Origin: the human T2T-CHM13v2.0 reference genome, Homo sapiens
NCBI RefSeq assembly: GCF_009914755.1
Contig: NC_060930.1
Reading direction: 5' to 3' (one strand)
Length of the DNA: 64,000 nucleotides
Shown: positions 27,001 to 39,000 of the stretch, piece after piece
Numbering within the stretch: the first letter of the stretch is position 1
Layout of the letters: every line of letters starts with the position of its first letter
Made by a program: the position numbers and the translations under genes
The notes under the pieces: model-generated
The model's database searches: none
What the model was told of the DNA's origin: nothing
The model's input: the letters and a program-made list of their open reading frames with translations, nothing else

Positions 27001-30000
27001 TCTTCTTTGTGATGTGTGCTTTCAACTCACCGAGATAAAGATTTCTCTTGATAGAGCAATTTGGAAACACTCTTTTTGTAGAATTTGCAAGGGTACATTG
27101 AGAGCGCTTTCAGGCCTATGGTAGAAAAGGGAATATCTTTCCATAAAAGGTAGACAGAAGCAATCTCAGAAACTACTTTGTGATGTGTGCATTCAACTCA
27201 CCGAGTGCAACGTTCCTCTTGACTGAGCAGTTTGGAAACATTGTTTCTGTAGAATCTGCAAGTGGATATTTGGACCTCTTTGAGGCCTTCGTTGGAAACG
27301 GGATTTCTTCCTATAAACCCAGACAGAAGAATTCTCAGAGACTTCTTTGTGATGTGTGAATTCAACTCACAGTGTGGATCCTTCCTTTTGATAGAGCAGT
27401 TTTGAAACCCTGTTTTTGTAGTATTTCCAAGCGGATATTTGGAACGCCTTGAAGCGTATGGTAGAAAAGGAAATATCTTCCCATAAAACCTAGACAGAAC
27501 CAATCTCAGAAACGACTTTGTGATGTCTGCATTCAAGTCACAGAGTTGAACATTTCTCTTGATAGAGCAGTTTTGAAACCCTCTTTCTGAAGGATCTGCA
27601 AGTGGATATTTGGAACTCCTTTGGGTCTTCGTTGGAAACGGGATTTCTTCGTATAAATCTAGACAGAAGAATTCTCCGAAACTTCTTTGGTTGTGTGCAT
27701 TCAAGTCACAGAGTGGAACCTTCCTTTGGATAGAGCAGTTTGAAACGCCGTGGTTGTAGTATTTCCAAGCGGATATTAGAGCGCCTTGAGGCCTATGGTA
27801 GAAAAGGAAATATCTTCCCATAAAACCTAGACGGAAGCAATCTCAGAAACTACTGTGTGATGGCTGCATTCCACACACACGGTGGAACATTTCTCTTGAT
27901 AGAGCAGTTTTGAAACACTCTTTCTGTAGAATCTGCAAGTGGATAATTGGACCGCCTTGAGGCCTTCGTTGGAAACGGGATTTCTTCATGTTACTCTAGA
28001 TAGAAGAATTCTCAAACACTGCTATGTGATGTTTGCATTCAAGTCACAGAGTGCAACATTCCTCTTGGTAGAGCAGTTGGGAAACACTCCTTTTGTAGAA
28101 TCTGCAATGGGATATTTGGACTTCTTTGAGGCCTTCGTTGGAAACGGGATTTCTTCGTATGAATCTAGACAGAAGAATTCTCAGAAACTTCCTTGTGATG
28201 TGTGCATTCAACTCAGCGAGTGGCACCTTCCTTTGGATACAGCAGTTTTGAAACACTGTTTTTGTAGTATTTCCAAGCGGATATTTAGAGCGCCTTGAAG
28301 CCTATGCTAGAAATGGAAATATCTCCCCATAAAACCAAGACAGAAGCAATCTCAGAAACTAATGTGTGATGGCTGCATTCCACACACACGGTGGACCATT
28401 TCTCTTGATAGAGCAGTTTTGAAACACTCTTTCTGTAGAATCTGCAAGTGGATAATTGGACCTCCTAGAGGCCTTCGTTGGAAACGGGATTTCTTCATCT
28501 AAACCTACAGAGAAGAATTCTCAGTAACTTCTTCGGATGTGTGCATTCGACGCACAGAATGGAACATTCCCTTTGATAGAGCAGTTTTGAGACACCGTTT
28601 TTGTAGAATTCCCAAGTGGATATTTAGAGCACTTTGAAGTCTCTGCTAGAAAAGGAAACATCTTCATGTAAAAAGTAGATAGAATCGTTCTCAGAAAGTG
28701 CTTAGTGACGTGTGCGTTCAACTCACAGAGTTTAACGTTTCTTTTGATAGAGCGTTTCTGAAACACCCTTCTTGTAGTAGCTGCAAGTGGATATTTGGAC
28801 CTATTGGAGGCCTTCTTTGGAAATGGGATTTCTTCATGTAACTCTAGATTGAAGAGTTCTCAGAAACTCCTTTGTGATGTGTGCATTCAATTCAAAGAGT
28901 GAAACCTCCCTTTTCACAGAGCAGTTTTGAAACACTGTTTTTGTAGGATTTCCAAGGGGATATTTATAGCGCATTGAGCCTACGGCGGAAAAAGAAACAT
29001 CTTCCTATAAAAACTAGACAGAATACTTCTCAGAATCTGCTTTGCGATGTGTGCGTTCAACTCACAGAGTAAAACTTTTCTTTTGATAGAGCAGTTTTGA
29101 AACACTCTTTTTGTAGTATTTGCATGTGTATATTTAGAGCGCATTGAAGCCCACAGTAGAAAAGGAAATAACTTCACCTAAAACCTAGACAGAAGCAATC
29201 TCAGAAACTACTTTGTGATGTGTACATTCAACTCACAGAGTGGAACTTTCCTCTTTATAGAGCAGTGTTGAAACACTCTTTTTGTAGAAACTGCAAGTGG
29301 ATATTTGGACCTCTTTGAGGCCTTCGTTGGAAACGGGATTTCTTCCTATAACCCTAGACAGAAGAATTTTCAGAAACCTCATTGTGATGTGTGCGTTCAT
29401 CTCACAGAGTGGAGTCTTCCGTTTGATAGAGAAGTTTTGAAACCCTGTTCTTGTAGGATTTCCAAGTGGATATTTAGACCACTTTGAAGCCTATGATAGA
29501 AAAGGAAACATCTTCATGGAAAACATAGATAGAATCATCCTCAGAAACAACTTTGTGATGTGTGCGTTGAACTCACCGTCTTTAACCTTTCTTTTGGTAG
29601 AGAAGTTTTGAAACACTCTCTTTGTAAAGTCTACAAGTGGATATTTTGAGCCCTTGGAGGCATTCTTTGGAAAAGGGAATGTCTTCACATAAAAGGCAGA
29701 CGGAAGTGTTCTCAGAAACTGCTTTGTGATGTCTGTGTTCAACTCACAGAGTTTAACATTTCCTTTGATAGAGCGGTTTAGTAACCCTCTCTTTGTAGAA
29801 TTTGGAAGTGTATACTAAGAGCGCTTTGAGGCCTATGGTAGAAAAGGAAATATCTTTCCATAAAAGCTAGACAGAAGCAATCTCAGAAACTCCTTTGCGA
29901 TGTCTGCATTCAACTCACCGAGTGGAACATTCCTCTTGAGAGAGCAGTTTGGAAACACTCTTTCTGTAGAATCAGCTTGTTTGTATTTGGACCTCCTTGA

Positions 30001-33000
30001 GGCCTTCGTTGGAAACGGGTTTTCATCTTATAAACCCAGACAGAAGAATTCTCAGAGTCTTCTTTGTGATGTGTGCTTTCAACTCACCGAGATAAAGATT
30101 TCTCTTGATAGAGCAATTTGGAAACACTCTTTTTGTAGAATTTGCAAGGGTACATTGAGAGCGCTTTCAGGCCTATGGTAGAAAAGGGAATATCTTTCCA
30201 TAAAAGGTAGACAGAAGCAATCTCAGAAACTACTTTGTGATGTGTGCATTCAACTCACCGAGTGCAACGTTCCTCTTGACCGAGCAGTTTGGAAACATTG
30301 TTTCTGTAGAATCTGCAAGTGGATATTTGGACCTCTTTGAGGCCTTCGTTGGAAACGGGATTTCTTCCTATAAACCCAGACAGAAGAATTCTCAGAGACT
30401 TCTTTGTGATGTGTGAATTCAACTCACAGTGTGGATCCTTCCTTTTGATAGAGCAGTTTTGAAACCCTGTTTTTGTAGTATTTCCAAGCGGATATTCGGA
30501 ACGCCTTGAAGCGTATGGTAGAAAAGGAAATATCTTCCCATAAAACCTAGACAGAACCAATCTCAGAAACGACTTTGTGATGTCTGCATTCAAGTCACAG
30601 AGTTGAACATTTCTCTTGATAGAGCAGTTTTGAAACCCTCTTTCTGAAGGATCTGCAAGTGGATATTTGGAACTCCTTTGGGTCTTCGTTGGAAACGGGA
30701 TTTCTTCGTATAAATCTAGACAGAAGAATTCTCCGAAACTTCTTTGGTTGTGTGCATTCAAGTCACAGAGTGGAACCTTCCTTTGGATAGAGCAGTTTGA
30801 AACGCCGTGGTTGTAGTATTTCCAAGCGGATATTAGAGCGCCTTGAGGCCTATGGTAGAAAAGGAAATATCTTCCCATAAAACCTAGACGGAAGCAATCT
30901 CAGAAACTACTGTGTGATGGCTGCATTCCACACACACGGTGGAACATTTCTCTTGATAGAGCAGTTTTGAAACACTCTTTCTGTAGAATCTGCAAGTGGA
31001 TAATTGGACCGCCTTGAGGCCTTCGTTGGAAACGGGATTTCTTCATGTTACTCTAGATAGAAGAATTCTCAAACACTGCTATGTGATGTTTGCATTCAAG
31101 TCACAGAGTGCAACATTCCTCTTGGTAGAGCAGTTGGGAAACACTCCTTTTGTAGAATCTGCAATGGGATATTTGGACTTCTTTGAGGCCTTCGTTGGAA
31201 ACGGGATTTCTTCGTATGAATCTAGACAGAAGAATTCTCAGAAACTTCCTTGTGATGTGTGCATTCAACTCAGCGAGTGGCACCTTCCTTTGGATACAGC
31301 AGTTTTGAAACACTGTTTTTGTAGTATTTCCAAGCGGATATTTAGAGCGCCTTGAAGCCTATGCTAGAAATGGAAATATCTCCCCATAAAACCAAGACAG
31401 AAGCAATCTCAGAAACTAATGTGTGATGGCTGCATTCCACACACACGGTGGACCATTTCTCTTGATAGAGCAGTTTTGAAACACTCTTTCTGTAGAATCT
31501 GCAAGTGGATAATTGGACCTCCTAGAGGCCTTCGTTGGAAACGGGATTTCTTCATCTAAACCTACAGAGAAGAATTCTCAGTAACTTCTTCGGATGTGTG
31601 CATTCGACGCACAGAATGGAACATTCCCTTTGATAGAGCAGTTTTGAGACACCGTTTTTGTAGAATTCCCAAGTGGATATTTAGAGCACTTTGAAGTCTC
31701 TGCTAGAAAAGGAAACATCTTCATGTAAAAAGTAGATAGAATCGTTCTCAGAAAGTGCTTAGTGACGTGTGCGTTCAACTCACAGAGTTTAACGTTTCTT
31801 TTGATAGAGCGTTTCTGAAACACCCTTCTTGTAGTAGCTGCAAGTGGATATTTGGACCTATTGGAGGCCTTCTTTGGAAATGGGATTTCTTCATGTAACT
31901 CTAGATTGAAGAGTTCTCAGAAACTCCTTTGTGATGTGTGCATTCAATTCAAAGAGTGAAACCTCCCTTTTCACAGAGCAGTTTTGAAACACTGTTTTTG
32001 TAGGATTTCCAAGGGGATATTTATAGCGCATTGAGCCTACGGCGGAAAAAGAAACATCTTCCTATAAAAACTAGACAGAATACTTCTCAGAATCTGCTTT
32101 GCGATGTGTGCGTTCAACTCACAGAGTAAAACTTTTCTTTTGATAGAGCAGTTTTGAAACACTCTTTTTGTAGTATTTGCATGTGTATATTTAGAGCGCA
32201 TTGAAGCCCACAGTAGAAAAGGAAATAACTTCACCTAAAACCTAGACAGAAGCAATCTCAGAAACTACTTTGTGATGTGTACATTCAACTCACAGAGTGG
32301 AACTTTCCTCTTTATAGAGCAGTGTTGAAACACTCTTTTTGTAGAAACTGCAAGTGGATATTTGGACCTCTTTGAGGCCTTCGTTGGAAACGGGATTTCT
32401 TCCTATAACCCTAGACAGAAGAATTTTCAGAAACCTCATTGTGATGTGTGCGTTCATCTCACAGAGTGGAGTCTTCCGTTTGATAGAGAAGTTTTGAAAC
32501 CCTGTTCTTGTAGGATTTCCAAGTGGATATTTAGACCACTTTGAAGCCTATGATAGAAAAGGAAACATCTTCATGGAAAACATAGATAGAATCATCCTCA
32601 GAAACAACTTTGTGATGTGTGCGTTGAACTCACCGTCTTTAACCTTTCTTTTGGTAGAGAAGTTTTGAAACACTCTCTTTGTAAAGTCTACAAGTGGATA
32701 TTTTGAGCCCTTGGAGGCATTCTTTGGAAAAGGGAATGTCTTCACATAAAAGGCAGACGGAAGTGTTCTCAGAAACTGCTTTGTGATGTCTGTGTTCAAC
32801 TCACAGAGTTTAACATTTCCTTTGATAGAGCGGTTTAGTAACCCTCTCTTTGTAGAATTTGGAAGTGTATACTAAGAGCGCTTTGAGGCCTATGGTAGAA
32901 AAGGAAATATCTTTCCATAAAAGCTAGACAGAAGCAATCTCAGAAACTCCTTTGCGATGTCTGCATTCAACTCACCGAGTGGAACATTCCTCTTGAGAGA

Positions 33001-36000
33001 GCAGTTTGGAAACACTCTTTCTGTAGAATCAGCTTGTTTGTATTTGGACCTCCTTGAGGCCTTCGTTGGAAACGGGTTTTCATCTTATAAACCCAGACAG
33101 AAGAATTCTCAGAGTCTTCTTTGTGATGTGTGCTTTCAACTCACCGAGATAAAGATTTCTCTTGATAGAGCAATTTGGAAACACTCTTTTTGTAGAATTT
33201 GCAAGGGTACATTGAGAGCGCTTTCAGGCCTATGGTAGAAAAGGGAATATCTTTCCATAAAAGGTAGACAGAAGCAATCTCAGAAACTACTTTGTGATGT
33301 GTGCATTCAACTCACCGAGTGCAACGTTCCTCTTGACTGAGCAGTTTGGAAACATTGTTTCTGTAGAATCTGCAAGTGGATATTTGGACCTCTTTGAGGC
33401 CTTCGTTGGAAACGGGATTTCTTCCTATAAACCCAGACAGAAGAATTCTCAGAGACTTCTTTGTGATGTGTGAATTCAACTCACAGTGTGGATCCTTCCT
33501 TTTGATAGAGCAGTTTTGAAACCCTGTTTTTGTAGTATTTCCAAGCGGATATTTGGAACGCCTTGAAGCGTATGGTAGAAAAGGAAATATCTTCCCATAA
33601 AACCTAGACAGAACCAATCTCAGAAACGACTTTGTGATGTCTGCATTCAAGTCACAGAGTTGAACATTTCTCTTGATAGAGCAGTTTTGAAACCCTCTTT
33701 CTGAAGGATCTGCAAGTGGATATTTGGAACTCCTTTGGGTCTTCGTTGGAAACGGGATTTCTTCGTATAAATCTAGACAGAAGAATTCTCCGAAACTTCT
33801 TTGGTTGTGTGCATTCAAGTCACAGAGTGGAACCTTCCTTTGGATAGAGCAGTTTGAAACGCCGTGGTTGTAGTATTTCCAAGCGGATATTAGAGCGCCT
33901 TGAGGCCTATGGTAGAAAAGGAAATATCTTCCCATAAAACCTAGACGGAAGCAATCTCAGAAACTACTGTGTGATGGCTGCATTCCACACACACGGTGGA
34001 ACATTTCTCTTGATAGAGCAGTTTTGAAACACTCTTTCTGTAGAATCTGCAAGTGGATAATTGGACCGCCTTGAGGCCTTCGTTGGAAACGGGATTTCTT
34101 CATGTTACTCTAGATAGAAGAATTCTCAAACACTGCTATGTGATGTTTGCATTCAAGTCACAGAGTGCAACATTCCTCTTGGTAGAGCAGTTGGGAAACA
34201 CTCCTTTTGTAGAATCTGCAATGGGATATTTGGACTTCTTTGAGGCCTTCGTTGGAAACGGGATTTCTTCGTATGAATCTAGACAGAAGAATTCTCAGAA
34301 ACTTCCTTGTGATGTGTGCATTCAACTCAGCGAGTGGCACCTTCCTTTGGATACAGCAGTTTTGAAACACTGTTTTTGTAGTATTTCCAAGCGGATATTT
34401 AGAGCGCCTTGAAGCCTATGCTAGAAATGGAAATATCTCCCCATAAAACCAAGACAGAAGCAATCTCAGAAACTAATGTGTGATGGCTGCATTCCACACA
34501 CACGGTGGACCATTTCTCTTGATAGAGCAGTTTTGAAACACTCTTTCTGTAGAATCTGCAAGTGGATAATTGGACCTCCTAGAGGCCTTCGTTGGAAACG
34601 GGATTTCTTCATCTAAACCTACAGAGAAGAATTCTCAGTAACTTCTTCGGATGTGTGCATTCGACGCACAGAATGGAACATTCCCTTTGATAGAGCAGTT
34701 TTGAGACACCGTTTTTGTAGAATTCCCAAGTGGATATTTAGAGCACTTTGAAGTCTCTGCTAGAAAAGGAAACATCTTCATGTAAAAAGTAGATAGAATC
34801 GTTCTCAGAAAGTGCTTAGTGACGTGTGCGTTCAACTCACAGAGTTTAACGTTTCTTTTGATAGAGCGTTTCTGAAACACCCTTCTTGTAGTAGCTGCAA
34901 GTGGATATTTGGACCTATTGGAGGCCTTCTTTGGAAATGGGATTTCTTCATGTAACTCTAGATTGAAGAGTTCTCAGAAACTCCTTTGTGATGTGTGCAT
35001 TCAATTCAAAGAGTGAAACCTCCCTTTTCACAGAGCAGTTTTGAAACACTGTTTTTGTAGGATTTCCAAGGGGATATTTATAGCGCATTGAGCCTACGGC
35101 GGAAAAAGAAACATCTTCCTATAAAAACTAGACAGAATACTTCTCAGAATCTGCTTTGCGATGTGTGCGTTCAACTCACAGAGTAAAACTTTTCTTTTGA
35201 TAGAGCAGTTTTGAAACACTCTTTTTGTAGTATTTGCATGTGTATATTTAGAGCGCATTGAAGCCCACAGTAGAAAAGGAAATAACTTCACCTAAAACCT
35301 AGACAGAAGCAATCTCAGAAACTACTTTGTGATGTGTACATTCAACTCACAGAGTGGAACTTTCCTCTTTATAGAGCAGTGTTGAAACACTCTTTTTGTA
35401 GAAACTGCAAGTGGATATTTGGACCTCTTTGAGGCCTTCGTTGGAAACGGGATTTCTTCCTATAACCCTAGACAGAAGAATTTTCAGAAACCTCATTGTG
35501 ATGTGTGCGTTCATCTCACAGAGTGGAGTCTTCCGTTTGATAGAGAAGTTTTGAAACCCTGTTCTTGTAGGATTTCCAAGTGGATATTTAGACCACTTTG
35601 AAGCCTATGATAGAAAAGGAAACATCTTCATGGAAAACATAGATAGAATCATCCTCAGAAACAACTTTGTGATGTGTGCGTTGAACTCACCGTCTTTAAC
35701 CTTTCTTTTGGTAGAGAAGTTTTGAAACACTCTCTTTGTAAAGTCTACAAGTGGATATTTTGAGCCCTTGGAGGCATTCTTTGGAAAAGGGAATGTCTTC
35801 ACATAAAAGGCAGACGGAAGTGTTCTCAGAAACTGCTTTGTGATGTCTGTGTTCAACTCACAGAGTTTAACATTTCCTTTGATAGAGCGGTTTAGTAACC
35901 CTCTCTTTGTAGAATTTGGAAGTGTATACTAAGAGCGCTTTGAGGCCTATGGTAGAAAAGGAAATATCTTTCCATAAAAGCTAGACAGAAGCAATCTCAG

Positions 36001-39000
36001 AAACTCCTTTGCGATGTCTGCATTCAACTCACCGAGTGGAACATTCCTCTTGAGAGAGCAGTTTGGAAACACTCTTTCTGTAGAATCAGCTTGTTTGTAT
36101 TTGGACCTCCTTGAGGCCTTCGTTGGAAACGGGTTTTCATCTTATAAACCCAGACAGAAGAATTCTCAGAGTCTTCTTTGTGATGTGTGCTTTCAACTCA
36201 CCGAGATAAAGATTTCTCTTGATAGAGCAATTTGGAAACACTCTTTTTGTAGAATTTGCAAGGGTACATTGAGAGCGCTTTCAGGCCTATGGTAGAAAAG
36301 GGAATATCTTTCCATAAAAGGTAGACAGAAGCAATCTCAGAAACTACTTTGTGATGTGTGCATTCAACTCACCGAGTGCAACGTTCCTCTTGACCGAGCA
36401 GTTTGGAAACATTGTTTCTGTAGAATCTGCAAGTGGATATTTGGACCTCTTTGAGGCCTTCGTTGGAAACGGGATTTCTTCCTATAAACCCAGACAGAAG
36501 AATTCTCAGAGACTTCTTTGTGATGTGTGAATTCAACTCACAGTGTGGATCCTTCCTTTTGATAGAGCAGTTTTGAAACCCTGTTTTTGTAGTATTTCCA
36601 AGCGGATATTCGGAACGCCTTGAAGCGTATGGTAGAAAAGGAAATATCTTCCCATAAAACCTAGACAGAACCAATCTCAGAAACGACTTTGTGATGTCTG
36701 CATTCAAGTCACAGAGTTGAACATTTCTCTTGATAGAGCAGTTTTGAAACCCTCTTTCTGAAGGATCTGCAAGTGGATATTTGGAACTCCTTTGGGTCTT
36801 CGTTGGAAACGGGATTTCTTCGTATAAATCTAGACAGAAGAATTCTCCGAAACTTCTTTGGTTGTGTGCATTCAAGTCACAGAGTGGAACCTTCCTTTGG
36901 ATAGAGCAGTTTGAAACGCCGTGGTTGTAGTATTTCCAAGCGGATATTAGAGCGCCTTGAGGCCTATGGTAGAAAAGGAAATATCTTCCCATAAAACCTA
37001 GACGGAAGCAATCTCAGAAACTACTGTGTGATGGCTGCATTCCACACACACGGTGGAACATTTCTCTTGATAGAGCAGTTTTGAAACACTCTTTCTGTAG
37101 AATCTGCAAGTGGATAATTGGACCGCCTTGAGGCCTTCGTTGGAAACGGGATTTCTTCATGTTACTCTAGATAGAAGAATTCTCAAACACTGCTATGTGA
37201 TGTTTGCATTCAAGTCACAGAGTGCAACATTCCTCTTGGTAGAGCAGTTGGGAAACACTCCTTTTGTAGAATCTGCAATGGGATATTTGGACTTCTTTGA
37301 GGCCTTCGTTGGAAACGGGATTTCTTCGTATGAATCTAGACAGAAGAATTCTCAGAAACTTCCTTGTGATGTGTGCATTCAACTCAGCGAGTGGCACCTT
37401 CCTTTGGATACAGCAGTTTTGAAACACTGTTTTTGTAGTATTTCCAAGCGGATATTTAGAGCGCCTTGAAGCCTATGCTAGAAATGGAAATATCTCCCCA
37501 TAAAACCAAGACAGAAGCAATCTCAGAAACTAATGTGTGATGGCTGCATTCCACACACACGGTGGACCATTTCTCTTGATAGAGCAGTTTTGAAACACTC
37601 TTTCTGTAGAATCTGCAAGTGGATAATTGGACCTCCTAGAGGCCTTCGTTGGAAACGGGATTTCTTCATCTAAACCTACAGAGAAGAATTCTCAGTAACT
37701 TCTTCGGATGTGTGCATTCGACGCACAGAATGGAACATTCCCTTTGATAGAGCAGTTTTGAGACACCGTTTTTGTAGAATTCCCAAGTGGATATTTAGAG
37801 CACTTTGAAGTCTCTGCTAGAAAAGGAAACATCTTCATGTAAAAAGTAGATAGAATCGTTCTCAGAAAGTGCTTAGTGACGTGTGCGTTCAACTCACAGA
37901 GTTTAACGTTTCTTTTGATAGAGCGTTTCTGAAACACCCTTCTTGTAGTAGCTGCAAGTGGATATTTGGACCTATTGGAGGCCTTCTTTGGAAATGGGAT
38001 TTCTTCATGTAACTCTAGATTGAAGAGTTCTCAGAAACTCCTTTGTGATGTGTGCATTCAATTCAAAGAGTGAAACCTCCCTTTTCACAGAGCAGTTTTG
38101 AAACACTGTTTTTGTAGGATTTCCAAGGGGATATTTATAGCGCATTGAGCCTACGGCGGAAAAAGAAACATCTTCCTATAAAAACTAGACAGAATACTTC
38201 TCAGAATCTGCTTTGCGATGTGTGCGTTCAACTCACAGAGTAAAACTTTTCTTTTGATAGAGCAGTTTTGAAACACTCTTTTTGTAGTATTTGCATGTGT
38301 ATATTTAGAGCGCATTGAAGCCCACAGTAGAAAAGGAAATAACTTCACCTAAAACCTAGACAGAAGCAATCTCAGAAACTACTTTGTGATGTGTACATTC
38401 AACTCACAGAGTGGAACTTTCCTCTTTATAGAGCAGTGTTGAAACACTCTTTTTGTAGAAACTGCAAGTGGATATTTGGACCTCTTTGAGGCCTTCGTTG
38501 GAAACGGGATTTCTTCCTATAACCCTAGACAGAAGAATTTTCAGAAACCTCATTGTGATGTGTGCGTTCATCTCACAGAGTGGAGTCTTCCGTTTGATAG
38601 AGAAGTTTTGAAACCCTGTTCTTGTAGGATTTCCAAGTGGATATTTAGACCACTTTGAAGCCTATGATAGAAAAGGAAACATCTTCATGGAAAACATAGA
38701 TAGAATCATCCTCAGAAACAACTTTGTGATGTGTGCGTTGAACTCACCGTCTTTAACCTTTCTTTTGGTAGAGAAGTTTTGAAACACTCTCTTTGTAAAG
38801 TCTACAAGTGGATATTTTGAGCCCTTGGAGGCATTCTTTGGAAAAGGGAATGTCTTCACATAAAAGGCAGACGGAAGTGTTCTCAGAAACTGCTTTGTGA
38901 TGTCTGTGTTCAACTCACAGAGTTTAACATTTCCTTTGATAGAGCGGTTTAGTAACCCTCTCTTTGTAGAATTTGGAAGTGTATACTAAGAGCGCTTTGA

